Source: Scyliorhinus canicula
Taxonomy: Eukaryota
DNA: 64,000 nt
Assembly: GCF_902713615.1 (NCBI RefSeq)
Contig: NC_052161.1
Location: 136,509,792 to 136,573,791, forward strand
Reading direction: 5' to 3'
Below, one piece after another: positions 35,791-50,032 of the stretch. How positions within the stretch are numbered: the stretch's first letter is position 1; each line of letters starts with the position of its first letter. The notes below the pieces were generated by a model. It was not told where the DNA came from. It ran no database searches and saw only the letters and a list, made by a program, of their open reading frames with translations. Position numbers and translations under genes: made by a program.

Positions 35791-37984
35791 ATGTAAATCT
35801 TTTTTCTTATGTTCTCTACCCAAAGGCAGATCTGACCACAGCATGGTGATCTCCACCATGGACTGGGTAAGGAGGCAGATCCTGAATCCACCCCCCACCA
35901 CCCACCCACCCTCATGAGTCCATGCCACTGTAGTTAGGTTGAGACTCTAATTCCTTTCCATGACATGGCTGATCAGGAATCTCTCCCACTCTCAATGTGT
36001 GACATTGGTGTGGGTTGGCAGGATTGCAGGCTCGTGCTCAACCTGTTTGGTCACATCATGAACATTTCTTGACTATTTAAGTCCTAGGGTGTGACTGGAG
36101 CCCAGAGCCTCTGGCTGACAGGCAGGGCCTCTCTCTCCTTGCTGCACCAAAAGACCTCCCACAATGTGAAGTATGGGATGTGAACAAGAAAAATGGGTTG
36201 AGTGAAGATGAGAAAGAGAGAAAGAATTTCCCCTGAGAAACCGGAATCTAGTTTGGGAATGTGAAGCCTAACCACAGCTTGCTACCAACTGAATTCTAAA
36301 GGGATTGGTAATATACTCTCAACTTCTGCTATCTTTGGGGTCATGTCAGCAATTCTTTAGTCAGGAGCACGCAGATTCTTGTGGGACAAATCTGGGAGTG
36401 TCTCTACCAAGATAAAATATTTACCAAATAGCTTTCATTTGATAATCTAGTTCATACTGGACTTCTCCCAAGAAACCAGAAACTGATTTATTTTTCACAT
36501 CACAATGATACGCAGAATTATTACAAAATGTTGCTTTTGGGTTATGGCACGGCTGTATTCACTTCCAGTCCTTCGTTGCCTCGAAGGTGTTAAGACTCAA
36601 CCACATGATGTGGAACTGGAGTCGGGTAAACGTCAGTACAAAGACCGCCCACTTGCTCCTTTGCGTAACAACGCACATCTCCACCTTGAGCTCAATCCAT
36701 CTCTGCTGGTGAAAACACTTGGCTGGTCTTCAGCATCTCCAGACTCCACTATTCCAATGCTTCCCCGAGCAGCCTCCCAGCTTCACTAACTTCACCTCCT
36801 CCTGAGCTCTGCAGCTTGTACCCTATTCTCAAACCCCTTTCCGCTCACTCAACACCCTCGTTCTCGCTGAATGCTTACATGTTGAACTGAGGCCCTGTCT
36901 GACTTCTCGGGCAGATGTGGAACGTCCCCAAGGCAATATGTCGAAGAGCAGGGGAGTTCTCGTCGACATTCTGCTGGTATTTATCCCTTGAATAAGATCA
37001 CAAAAGACAGAATATCTGGTCATCATCACATTGCTGCTTTTGGGAGCTTGCTGTGTGCAAATTGGCTGCCGTGTTTCCCAAATTACCGCGGTGACTACAA
37101 GTGTTTCACTGGCGGTAAAGCAATTTGGAGTGTGTCATGGTCATGGACGACACTACATAATGTAGTTTAAAAAAAAAAAATCCTCTTGTCTTCCTTTGTC
37201 TTCCATCTGGACAACACCACTGAGAATCCAAACTGGCTACGTGATGAGTGACAGGACACTTTGCCATTGTAAACGTCCAGGGTTTACAAGCAACTACTTT
37301 TGCGATAGTCAATTGAAGCATTCCTCAGCACACACCCTATGTACTGGGTGTATGTTGGCACCGAGAGTGTGCAACATTGGAGTTTCAGATGTGGGGTTTA
37401 GCCAAGGTCTTGTCCGCCAGCTCTGGTGTTCAAGTCGGCATAGAAAGGCCTCACTGCACCGTTTGGAGAACAGCTGGTCACCTCACCACAAACAGAATTG
37501 CTGATCATTCTTTGCATTTCCACTGTTTTGGGCCTGCTCTGTTTAAAATGACTGCCACGATTGCCTGTCTAACAACAGCCGCTGAACTTACAAAGGAGCT
37601 CAGTGGACATGAAGCCTTGAAGGATGTCTGGAAATTGTGGGATATAGGGTGTTATGAAAACGCAAACTCTATGACGGCAGGGGAGACGCGATTCACCATG
37701 TTTCAAGGGACCATTCTTTCCGCTGCTATCCAAACAGTAACGCCCTGGTCTCTGCCACTCTTTGTGGCGGTTACTATCATGGGTGCGGTTTGACGGCTCG
37801 GAAAGTTAGGCCAGAGCCTGCGGGAAGGAGCCCAGGGTTGCAACTCTCCTGAAATTCCTTTCCAATCGTCTCCTTGCGGGCCATCAGAAAATGGGAACGC
37901 CCCTGGCCATCGGGAGGTGGATCTGCCTTCTGATGTCACCAACTTGTGACGCCAGGATGCCCCCAATATCCACTGAGAAGGTTG

Positions 37985-38545
37985 GGAGGAGATTTGATAG
38001 AGGTGTTTAAAATTATGAGGGGCTCTGGACAGGCTAGACGGGGAGGAACTGTTCCCACTGGCAGGAGGGCGGGGAAGCGGAGGACACTGATGGTCAATGG
38101 CGAATGAAGCAGAGACTATATGAGAAACCTCTGCTTTTAAGACAGCAATTACTTAGAATCTGGAATGTAATACCCGAGGGTGTGGTGCAGGCAGACTCAA
38201 TCATGGTTTCAAAAGGCAATTGGGCAATTATCCCTCGAGAAACAAGTCACAGGGCCACGAGGAAAAGGGGTGGGACGAGCTGAGACCCTCGAGCAGCACA
38301 GGCAGCATCTGGATTTGGAAATATATCACTGTCGCTGGGTCAAAACCCAGGACCTCCCGCCCTTCCTCATAGCACTGCGGGTATACCTGCCCCACATGGA
38401 CTGCAGTGGGTCAAGATGGCAGCTCACCACCACCTCCTAGAGGGCAATTAGGGGTGACCCACATCCCTGGAAAGAATATTTTTAAAAAAGGACAAGGGGC
38501 TGAATGGCCTCCTTCATGAGCTGTCTCGTTCTACGATTCTATCCA
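37985..38545 (+). mobile_element. CR1 3' end with a nested second LINE tail
   Basis: GDLIEVFKIMRGLDR relic and tail gggctgaatggcctccttc. 38310-38490 matches a CR1/L2-group tail (cagctcaccaccacct..gggcaattagg). Confidence 0.7.
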
Positions 38546-39428
38546 GTCATGACATCATCGATGGTGCATGACCAGATCATACTCCCTCTAATGCAGCACC
38601 TTTTTTTTACCAAGGCACAGTAAACAATTAGTAAGCACTAAGACCATGCCAAAAAAAAATACAAGGCCTTTCTAGCTGCCTTGTAACAACTCACCACCAG
38701 GGAACCAAATTACATAATCTAACAATCAAAGGTCTGTAATAGCTGATGTTGTCTGCAAACGTACATTTATACAGCACCTGTCCCAACCGTAGGATGTTCC
38801 ACAATGCCCCACAGCCAAAGGGATATTTCTGAAGTGTAGTCACTGTCGTATTATTGGAAACGCAACAACCAATTTGTACACAGCAAACTCACGCAGTCAA
38901 CAGGGCGACAGTGACCGGATAATCCATTTTTAGTGATGATCCTTGATGGGCGAATGTTGTCCCATTGTCAGGGAGAATGTCCCTCCCTGCTCTTCTACGA
39001 AATAACGCTCTGGAATCTTCTACGTTCGCCCAAGAGGACAGACAAGGCCTCAGTTTTAGTGTCTCGCCTGCAAAACAGCACCTCTGACAGCACAGCACTC
39101 CCTCCGTACTGTCCTGGGAATGTCGGCGTATGGACAGAACTGCCCAGCAGGGGGAGTCGTGGCGGGCGAGCGGCTGGTGGACGCTTTGGTCAGAGGTCAA
39201 AAAAACAGTTTCCCGCCATGGGGGAATTAGTTTGCACTCTTGTTATCTCAACCTTCATGGAAAGTTAAAATTGGGTGGAGTGTCCCACTGATTTATTTCG
39301 GGAACCCCATTTGCATCTCATGGATGCTCGTTAAAAACCCAACGCAGCGGGTGGTCGAGGTAGATTCTTTCTTGGACTTTCGGGTTAGTAGGCGCTGCTT
39401 TCAATTCCTTTCACTTTGTCTCCGAGCC

Positions 39429-39820
39429 AGGGGAGTCGGTGGCATAGTGGTATTGTCACTGGAGTAGTAATCCAGAGACCCAGGGTAATGCTCTGGGGTC
39501 CCAGGTTCGAATCCCAGATGGTGAAATCTGAATTCAGTAAAAATCTGTAATTAAAAGTCTAACGATGACCATGAAACCATTGTCGATTGTTGTAAAAACC
39601 CATCTGGTTCACTAATGTCCTTCAGGAAAGGAAATCTGCCGTCCTTACCCGATCTGGCCTATATCTGACTCCAGACCCACGCACACCGATGTGGCTGACT
39701 CTTAACTGCCCCCACTACTGAAGTGGCCGAGCGAGACACTTGGTTCAAAGGCAATTAGGGACGGGCAACAAATGCTCACCCAGCCCAGCGACGCCCACAT
39801 CCAAGAACGAATAAAAATAA
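39429..39820 (+). mobile_element. Second tRNA-SINE family with CR1/L2-group tail (copies also at 60732-61092 plus; 16408-17047, 54835-55150, 8225-8375 minus)
   Basis: A box tggcatagtgg, B box ggttcgaatcc, core gtaaaaacccatctggttcactaatgtcc..ggaaatctgccgtccttacc, and tail gcgacgcccacatcc. Confidence 0.85.
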
Positions 39821-40065
39821 GATATCTGTGTGTGTAGGGAGGGGTGTAAGGGGCATAGTAAGTCCAATCGCTGTTCAGATATGGCACCTGGATGTTACAG
39901 CCGCTGAGCTGATGGCAGAGCAGGCCACTTCCTGCCCGTCCCGCCATGAGATTTAACATACTCCTGCCGACTACATAAAGAATGAGCTGAACAGAGCCAG
40001 ATCTAACGCGGACAGCTTCCCTGTTCTCCGACCCAAGTCACTCCGACTTCCACTCCCGTCAACAG

Positions 40066-40412
40066 CAGCAGCACGGCAGCATTGTGGATAGCACAATCGC
40101 TTCACAGCTCCAGGGTCCCAGGTTCGATTCCGGCTTGGGTCACTGTCTGTGCGGAGTCTGCACATCCTCCCCGTGTCTGCGTGGGTTTCCTCCGGGTGCT
40201 CCGGTTTCCTCCCACAGTCCAAAGATGTGCAGGTTCAGTGGATTGGCCACGATAAATTGCCCTTAGTGTCCAAAATTGCCGTCAGTGTTGGGTGGGGTTA
40301 CTGGGTTATGGGGATAGGGTGGAGTTGTTGATCTTGGGTAGGGTGCTCTTTCCAAGAGCCGGTGCAGACTCAATGGGCTGAATGGCCTCCTTCTGCACTG
40401 TAAATTCTATGA
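40066..40412 (+). mobile_element. V-SINE (HE1) with CR1 tail
   Basis: Near-complete copy, similar to 6570-6910. Confidence 0.9.
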
Positions 40413-41084
40413 TAACAGAATGGATAATTCCGCCCCAAGTCTTGCACTCGAATGTCTGGGCAGGATTGTCGCTCACTCCCTGCGAATGGGTAAATAGACT
40501 GACGGTAAAAATTAACCTGTGAACTGCAGCAGCAAATGTAACTGCTGAGGATCTCCTTATCCCCACAGCCCTGAACATCCACACACCTAAACACTTCTCA
40601 GGTTGCGTGTTCAGGAGATCTGTGGCCGTGTCATACTGACACCGGTATCTAAGAAACTCGCTGAACTGAACTCATTATAATGACTTGGAAAATCGGCAAA
40701 CAACCCACACCCAGTAAACACAGAAGATTAAATGAAACTATGACACAGAGAGTCAAGACTATAATCATTATCTGCCTAAGCGTCGTGCAAAGAAAACAAG
40801 ATAATGTGTAATGTTCCCGAGAATATTTCTTTGTTCAATGTGGCCTTTTTGTTGCAAGCGTGGCCCCTTTAGGATTGTTGTGTATGTCCTCCTCTTGAAG
40901 GGAACATTGGGTGTTTGTTGTTTGTTATATGTGTAGTGTGTTTGAGATTTCTGTGCTCTCATGCACCTGCGCCATATGGAGGGATATGCTGTGTGCTCAG
41001 ACTTCTGGTCCGGGTATTACTGTATCAATCATTCCTCTTTGCAGCTGAATGTTCATTATCTAAACCTCACATTAATGACGTGGT

Positions 41085-42090
41085 CATAGAATCCCGACAG
41101 TGCAGAAGGAGGCCATTTGGCCCATCGATTCCGCACTGACCCTCTGAAAGAGCATCTCACTCATTCTCAACCCCACCTAATCTTTGACACGAAGGGCCAA
41201 TTTATCATGGCCAATCCATCTAACCTGCATGTGTCTTTGAACTGTGAACCAAAGAAACCACGCCAACACGGGGAGAATGTGCAAACTCCACCCAGACAGT
41301 GACCCAAGGCCGCATTTGAACCCGAATCCCTGGCGGTGTGTGGCAGCAGTGCGAGCCACCGTGACGCCCTCCTTTTTTCCAAGAATATGGATCTCTGATT
41401 CGTCTGGAGGTCAATAATCAGGTTCCCGGTGGCATGAATTTAGAACATTCACTTCACGACTGCACATAGGCCGTGTGAACCTGGCGGGGCAACATCTCCC
41501 TGGACCCCGAGGTCAGTAGACGCAGCTTTCACTTTTCTTCCACACTGTCACAGAGATATCGGCTGCCCGCAGCAAAAGCTGTGCCAAGGAAGGGCACAGG
41601 GGAGAGGTGGCAATGAGGCAGGACTTGGGGGGGGGGGGGGGGGGGGGGGGGGGGTGCAAGGAGCAGACTAGAAGAGTGAATGATCCTATGAAGTAACAGT
41701 GGGGAGGGACCCTTCCTGCCTCCCCATTCCCCCGCGCGGATACTTAATTAATGAGCTGACCAGCGCAAGAGTCATAGAATCCCTACAGTGCAGAAGGAGG
41801 TCATTCGGCCCATCGAGTCTGCACCGACCATTCGAAAGACCACCCTACACAGACCCAATCCCCGCCCGTCCCTTGTAAAGCCACCTCACCTTTTGGACAC
41901 TTAAGGGGCAGTTTATCACAGCCAATCCACCCAACCTGCACATCTTTGGACTGTGAGACCAAACCGGAGCACCCGGAGGAAACCCACGCAGACACGGGGA
42001 GAACGTGCAGACTCCGCACAGCCGATCACCCGAGGTTGGAATCGAACCTGGGTCCCTGGCGCTGTGAGGCAGCAGTGCTGACCACCACGA
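41085..42090 (-). mobile_element. Two V-SINEs (41085-41370, 41771-42090)
   Basis: V-domain and CR1 tails. Confidence 0.85.
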
Positions 42091-45000
42091 TCTGTGCGTT
42101 CAGCCACGTGCTTTCCAGCGGACGTCACTCTGACATCCACTCTGACCACTGGACTTAGTCGGGAGAGGTGGGGGAGCAAAGAAACACAAGGCCCTTTAAC
42201 CCTCCGAGCCTGTTTTGCCATTTAGTTAGGATCATGATTGATATTTGACCTAACTCCCCACACTCACCATTGCTTCATAATCCTTGGTAAACTACAATCT
42301 ATCAATGTAAGTTTCAAACTAACAGTTGATCAAGGGTCAATGACCATTTGTGGGAGCGAGTTCCAAACTTCCCCCACTCTTTGTGGAAGGGAATATTTTG
42401 GAGTCTCAATTCGGAAACCGCCGGCTCTAATTTTTTGACTGTGTCCTCCAGTCATTAGTTACCCGAGCTGCGGAGATCGTCTCTCCCAATCTACCCTTTC
42501 CGTTCCCTATCCAATTGATAATGTCTTGGTCAACATTCCACCCTCAACCACTCGCCACCAGAATAGATTGCTCGGTCATTTATCTTATTTACTCTTGGTG
42601 TGACAATGCTCTGTGCAAAATAGTTGCTGCATTTGCCTGCAAGGTGATTCATCTGGGTGGTGCTAGATAAATCCAAATGCTCTGTTTGCAATGGGAGGTC
42701 TTGTGGAGCAGTGGTTAGGGTTGCTGTCTCTGAAGTTCCGGGTTTGAGTCCTACCCCCAAGACTTGATGGGCAAGGAAGGTGGGTTCATAAGCATAAACC
42801 TGCAAAAATCCTTCCAACGCACCAATAGCTGACGAGCGGGGGAGACTCCTCGTCAGCCACTCTTAATGCAGAGAGATGCCCCTCAAGCGATCAGCCTCTG
42901 GTGACAGATTAGTGACCTGTTCCGGGAAAAACCTCGCTATGGGAACAGATGGAAGTCTGCCTTGTACACGGTGCGGGAAGAGAAGCAAATCTCTTTGTCT
43001 CAAATGCTGACTCTATATTTTCTCTTTTCAGACACTGATGGGCCTGCTCTGCAATCACAACGTCTTCTGTATTTCTCTTTCATGCCGGACTGGCAGATCT
43101 CCTGTAGTATTCTTCACTGTCAGTCAGGGGACATATTGCTTTATAATAACAGGGGTCTTGTATTAAAGACAGATATCTCGCTTTTGCAACTTTTTTACTC
43201 CAAGTTAAAGTTCAGCAGTTTTGGAGTTTCAGTCCCTGAATATACATGCCTTAGATCTGAATCTAGGACAATGTTTTTTAAAAAAGAGGCCTATTTGTCA
43301 AATCAAATTAGTCAAATCAAATGCCCTGTAGCAAAATGATTGCATTTCCCATGAATTTATCAAGCAATATAGGACATTGTGCAGGGATGTACGTCATACT
43401 ACACCTCTTGCCGACATGCTTATATGTAAAAACGTGATAATTTCTGTAAGAATTTAAGTTATGTCCAATCATCCTACCTTGAATTGCTTCAGGATGTCAG
43501 GAGGGAGTGACTTTATGACTTGTTCCTGTTGGTGTTTTTTACTCCATGCTGTGTATCGCCTGAAAGTGACAATCGGTGTGTAAATAAGCTCCAGCTATGA
43601 ATCCTCCAACTTTCTGAGTGATGGCAGGCAGGTTGCAAATTCCATACTGGCTCATTTGAGAACTACGCAGACCTGACTAAAATACTGAGGGCTCCTTTTT
43701 GTCCTTCCTCCCACCATTGTCACTCCACGGCCGTTTCAGATATTCCTCCCTTCTTCGGTTTGTGGGGACCTCGTGCAAAGTTTGGCAGCTTAGATTCACC
43801 GAACACATTTGAATCACACTGGCAACGTAAAATCCACGGGAGCCTTTTATTTTATATCTTAGTGTCTCTCCTCACCGTCTGGCTGGATCATTCAGCCTTT
43901 GATCCTGTCACTGACTTTAAAGAGAGACTTAGTCCAACTTGCAAAGGGCTGGTCTACCCAGTGCACGCTGTCAGAAGCACATCACACCCACAGTCTATAA
44001 TCCCATCTGTGCTGAATCATATGATAGGCCCCCTCCCCTTCTCGTTACATCATCCACTCAGCTGAGAGCTAAGCTGCTGTTCAGCTCACGCTATGGAAAG
44101 CTGATAGCAGCTGATAACCGACTCGAGACATTCCGCCCAGCAGGCAATAAATACTGAGGCAGAACTCCCATCGCAGCCTGTGACTTTTTAAATTCTTTCC
44201 TGTCCTTTGCTACACTTCATAACGCAAGGCGATGGCTTCCAAACTGTGGCAAAAATCGAACGTCACCGTAACTACTCTTGTCACAGGAAGCTCCCACTCA
44301 GAGGACGTCACTTAGCAAACATCCCACCTTCTGCCAAATTTGATTTTAGCTGGTGACTTTGGGGCAAGTATTTTGCCCGGTTCCTCTTAGGAAGGTGAGT
44401 TTGCAGCGTCACAGGGCAGGTTCGATCTCGCATTGTTCGCCCTCTTTCCTGACATCCCTGATGGAACATCCAGTTTGATCCAACTACCTTCAGTATTTAC
44501 AGAATAATAGAGAAACAGACAAGGGAACAAACAACACTAGATTGAGGAACGAGCGATTACAGGTTCCACTGTAAAACAGTTGGGGGGGGGAAGATGAATT
44601 CCTCTTACCTGTTTCTGGAGAACTGGCTCACAAATCCAGGATGCAACATCTGTTAACTCGCCTTCCCACTTTTTAAATTTGATATAGACGGATGGAACAT
44701 TGCCTCAAATTCTAAAAGCGAGGATGTGCTTTGTGCTTTATCATTCGCACCGCACACCATCTGATTAGGCCCTGTCAGTCGCCTGAACTCTTTACACACT
44801 GCATTACAGTATTTAGCCTCTATGCAGATTTGCTGTGACAGCTATCTTGTGATTGATTAGTATCCTGGTGGTATAATGGGTGAGAGGTTACTGGTCAGGA
44901 CAGCCAAGACAGTGAGTGTGTGTTTCTGTCCGTGTTTCGGAGGCTGAAAGAGAGATCCCAAGGTCAGCAGCCTATTGGAAAGTGCTAAAGTCAGCAAGAA

Positions 45001-45569
45001 ACAGCCATTGAGCCAACAGCCTGAGAATCAGACTGGGTAAAGCTACTTTATCTGCAGAGAAGGACATTTTGCTCAAGGCCCAAGATACACTGCATCTCAA
45101 CCAATCTGCCTCCGACTGCCTAAAGCTGCAGTCCAGCACAGCAGAAAGAGCTACTGTTTCCAATTTCTATATTTATCAGTGAGCACAAGATAGAGGCTCC
45201 ATAAAGTATTTTGCCCAGAATAAGCAGAGCTCGCTCGTTTCCCCCCCCCCCCCCCCCCCCCCCCCCCCCAGAAAGGATGGGGTGTAAATGTGGAGAGCAA
45301 AATCATTTGCTTTTTTGCTCGGGGCCCTTTCGGAATGCCTCAGCCCCGTGCAGTTTTGCCGCAGTGCTGTACTGCTCAGAGGTCACCCCATGTTTAAGGT
45401 CAGCTGTGGTCAGCGGGTAGCAGCACACTTGTCTCAGAGTCAAAAGATTGCGGGTTCAAGTCCCGCTGCAGAGACTTGAGCACAAAACTCTCCAGTACAG
45501 CGCCGAGGGAATGCTGCACTGTTACAGATACAGGCTGAGAATTTCCGGCCATTCCCGCCGACGGGACCA

Positions 45570-46850
45570 TCATAGAATTTACAGTGCAGAAGGAGGCCAT
45601 TCGGCCCATCGAGTCTGCACCGGCCCTTGGAAAGAGCTCACCTCCTCCCTAACCCCGTAACCCAACCTAACCTTTTTTTTGGGGAGAATGCAGACACGGG
45701 GAGAACGTGCAGACCCCGCACAGACAGTGACCCAAGTAGGGAATCGAACCTGGGACCCTGGAGCCGTGAAGCAACAGTGCTAACCACTGTGCTACCGTCC
45801 CTCCACAGGCAACCCACCCCCTTGTGATGTAAACAACGAGAAAATCCGTTGCCAGCGAGTGGGACTGGACTACAATCACACAGAACCAAAAGAGGCCTTT
45901 CAGCCCATAATGTTTGTGCCAACATTTAGAAAGAGCTAGCCACTCAGCTCCCAGCCAATCTCTTTCCTCACAGCCTTGCATTTTGCACTCCTTGACGTAT
46001 TAATAAAATTCCCTTTTGCACGTTACCATCAAATGGGCTTCTACCAGCCTCTGTGTCCTCTGGGAACAGCTGGTGGAAATAATTTCATTGTATTCCACAG
46101 AATCCCTACAGATCAGCAGGAGGCCATTCGGCCCATTGAGTCTTCACTGACCTTCTGAAAGAACACCCTACCTAGGCGCCCTATTCCCATAACCCTGGAA
46201 CCCCATCTAACCGCTGGACACGAAGGGGCAATTTAGCACGGCCAATCTACCTGCACATCTTTGGACTGTGGGAGGAAACCCACACAGACATGGGGAGAAA
46301 GTGCAAGCTCCACACAATCACCCGAGGCCGGAAGTGGACCCGGGTCCCTGGCACTGTGAGGCAGCAGTGCTAACCACTGTGCCGCCATGCCGAGTAACCT
46401 ATAAACATAATCTCCCCTTCCACTTACACAGACCAGTTTCCTATTCCAGTCCATACGAAGACAATTAACTCTCAAAGAACAATACAGCACAGGAACAGGC
46501 CCTTCGGCCCTTCTTGATACCAACATTTGCCGAAACCCTCAGCACTGCCTTGTGCCGTATCCCTCTATACCCATCCTATCCATGTGTTTGTCAAGCTGCC
46601 TTTTGAACGCCGTTAATGTATCTGCTTCCACAACCTCCCCTGGCAACGTGTTCCAGGCATTCGGCACACACTGCGTTAAAAAACCTGCCTCGCACATCGC
46701 CTCTAAACGTTGCCACTGGTGACAGACCCCTCCACCCTGGGAAAGAGTGCCTGCCCATCCACTCTATCAATGTCCCTCATAATCTTGTAGACCTCTAAGA
46801 GGTCACCCCCTCAACCTTTCTAATGAAAACGAGTCTATTCAGCCTCTCTA
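45570..46850 (-). mobile_element. V-SINEs (45570-45802, 46097-46390) and a CR1 3' fragment (about 46475-46850)
   Basis: Family motifs as above. Confidence 0.8.
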
Positions 46851-47992
46851 AAAGCCTTTGCCTTCCCTCTTAAAGCAGGCTTTCCTTGTTTACACATTTC
46901 CTCACTGAAACTGTTTCTCAATTTAACATCCAGGAGTGACGTTAACTTGAGGGAGCAGTAGGTGCAGAATAATGCGGAGGTTGAAAAAAGGAGGCTTTAG
47001 CCAAAAATGTCTTTTATGTTTTTGCTACTAAGTGTATCCAGCTTGGGATTTGTATGTTTAAAAAAAAACACTTTACAGACAGAAAAATGATTTGCTTCGT
47101 CCCGATTGTAATATCACGTTGCAGGATTTAAGTATCTGTTTGAGTTTCTATTCCAAACTACATTTCAAAGCTTTTTAAATGTTAAGTGCTAAATACAGCA
47201 CTGACATGCAGCAGGCAGTCAGATGTTTGAAAAGGCTGACCCACTTCTGGGAGCATCTCCAATAGTCTGACTCCAATGGATTCTCAAAGTCTCCGAGATA
47301 AAAAGATTGATGTAAGGAGATGGGGAGAGACTGCTGTGGGCCACAGAAAATACCACTCAGGAGATAGAATGGATCAAAGCCACCGGCATTCTGTGTTCAA
47401 CTTTATCTCAGAAGCGGTCAAAGGGCATTCTTTGCACCAGAAAGGATGACATTGTCCAGCCACGCTGACCCAAGGACTCCACTTGACTATTCCCGCTCTC
47501 TGATTCCTTGGCAGTCTTTGTACAAGCACATTTCTTGCCGTCTAGCGCTCATCGTGATTTGATTACTTCTTTCAAACCTTAGATGTGGCACTTGAAAGCA
47601 AACCATCGAGGAGCCAAGTGAGATTCCACACACCCCCCTGCCCCGCCCCCGCCTCGCCCCACACTGCTCTCCATCCTGACCAAACAAAATATGAGTGATC
47701 TGAACTCTGACCTCGGCTGGACGGCCCATTGTTCTGTCAGTACGCAAGACCTTGAAGACACAAAAAAAAAGTTTATGGAATTTTGAAAAAAAAAAGACTG
47801 TGTGAACCTTTTATCAATCCAGGGCTTTCGTTTGATTGCATTTAGTCATAGTCATTACAGAATGAGGCCATTCAATCCATTGAGTCCATGCCATTTATGG
47901 CGCACGAGGGAATAAATTCATCTCGGGCAGAAAGAGAAAAAAGAATGTTCATTTACTATCGCTGTGTTTTTCAGGGCCGACCTGGACATACT

Positions 47993-48650
47993 GGGCGGGA
48001 TTCCCCTGTACCCAGCGGGACGGAGTGGCTGAACCATTCCGGCGTTGGCCCGCCCCAAAGGTGCGGAATCTCCTTTGGCACCATGCCAACCGGGGCCGAA
48101 GGGACTCCGCCGGCCGGCGCGGGTCCCCGCATGTGCAGGAGCGTCAGTGGCTGCTGCCGTCATCCCCACGCATGCGCGGGAGGGGGGGGGGGGTTCACCT
48201 ACGCATCAGCCATCGCGGAGGCTGACACAGCCGGCGCGTAGAAAAGAGTGCCCCCCACGGCACAGGCCCACCCGCGAATCGGTGGGCCCCGATCACGGGA
48301 CAGGCCAACGTGGGGGCACCCCCCGGGGCCAGATTGCCCCGCGCCCCCCCCCCCCCCCCCCAGGACCCCGGTGCCCGCCCACGCCGCCAGGTCCCGCCGG
48401 TAGGGGACTTAGTCTAATTTACGCCGGCGGGACGGGCAAAGAACCAGCGGGACTTCATCCCATCGCGGGCCGGAGAATCGCCGGGGGGGGGGGGGGGGGG
48501 GGGGGGGGCACTGCTAGTGGCCGCCGACCGGCGCGATTCCCGCCCCCGCCGAATCTCCGGTGCTGGAGGATTCAGCGGCCGGTGGGGGCGGGATTCATGC
48601 CGCCCCCCCGGCGATTCTCCAACCCGGCGGGGAGTCAGAGAATCCTGCCC
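47993..48650. mobile_element. GC-rich MITE (PIF/Harbinger-like)
   Basis: TIR gggcgggattc / gaatcctgccc with flanks act/att. Confidence 0.8.
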
Positions 48651-49626
48651 ATTATTACCCCACTCCTCCCTGTTTCTGGAGCTGCACCAAAACTGCTTTT
48701 GTAGGTTCAGAAAACAAGTTGTTGAAATGTCTGTCTCCTGGCCACAAGTGAGCTCTCGGCTTCAAACGACACAGCGAGCACCAGGCGGCTGTGAGAGAGA
48801 TTTCTTCCTCAGGCAATATTGTACGCACGGTGCTGGGTTGGCAGACGTTTATTCCTGGTTTAGTTTTTACTCTCGCTCTGGCACATCACAAAGGTTTCCG
48901 CACACAGAGCTGAAGCAGCCGATGGCTTTCCTCCGGGTGTCCCAGTTTCCTCCCACAAGTCCCAAAAGATGTGCTTGTTAGGTAATTTGGACATTCTGAA
49001 TTCTCCCGCAGTGTACCCGAACAGGTGCCGGAGTGTGGCAACTAGGGGCTTTTCAAAGTATCTTCGTTACAGTTTTAATGTAAGCCGGAGCGCCCGGAGG
49101 AAACCCACGCAGACACGGGGAGAACGTGCCGACTCCGCACAGGCAGTGATCCAAGCCGGGAATCGAACTCGGGTCCGTGGCACTGTGAAGCAACAGTGCT
49201 AACCACTGTGCCACCCTGCAGGGCGAATGGCCGACTTATGCTCTTATGTCTATGTCTTATCGTTATATGATCTAACAAGGCTGAGAACCTTAAAATCAAG
49301 GTATTGTCGGCATGGGGCCAATGTATGAGTAAGGATAGAGGCAGCAGGGTTTGGATAAGGTCATGCTGTCGATATCAGGAGGGTTTAACTATCTGCTTCA
49401 TTCCCCTCCACCCCTAACCAACCAACCAATCCCATTCCCATCCTCGGTTAAGATGGACGTTAATGGTTTTGCCACTTGCGTTTCTCCCAAGGAAAAGGAA
49501 TTAATTTTGTGTTTCAAGAAACGTGCTGCTAAAATTCATCAGGCCAGCAGCGAGCTCTGTGGGTGGTGTGATGTGATGACAGGCTAAAACCAATCGGACG
49601 TTCTAGTTCCGTGTTCTTCAAAGACA

Positions 49627-49716
49627 GGGTCGCGGGCGGGTGGGTCGCGGGCGGGTGGGTCGTGGGCGGGTGGGTCGTGGGCGGGTGGGTCGTGGGCGGG
49701 TGGGTGTTGGGAGGGT
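49627..49716 (+). repeat. 15-bp tandem repeat gggtcgYgggcgggt (about 6 copies), hAT left subterminal
   Basis: Direct reading of the sequence. Confidence 0.9.
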
Positions 49717-50032
49717 CGCGGAGCCGTCCTTCACGGCGTTACCGATTGTGCAAATCCCCGCGCAGCAGCCGGCTTTTAATAACGCCAGCTTCAAGCTGCC
49801 TTTAAAATGGCCGCGAACATGTTAAAAAAATTCGGCCGCATTGCGCATGCACGCACGATCATCGGCGAGCATGCGCCAAACTATGCGCCTGCAAGCCCCT
49901 CGGTGCGCAATGCAGCCTCTATTTTTTTTTAGTGGGGGTCTCAGTGTGAGGGTAGGGGTGGGTCGGGGTGGGGGTCTCTCCCTCCCTCCCCGGAAGCGCG
50001 CTGTTGGCGGGGTTTGTTTATGAAGTGGTGAT

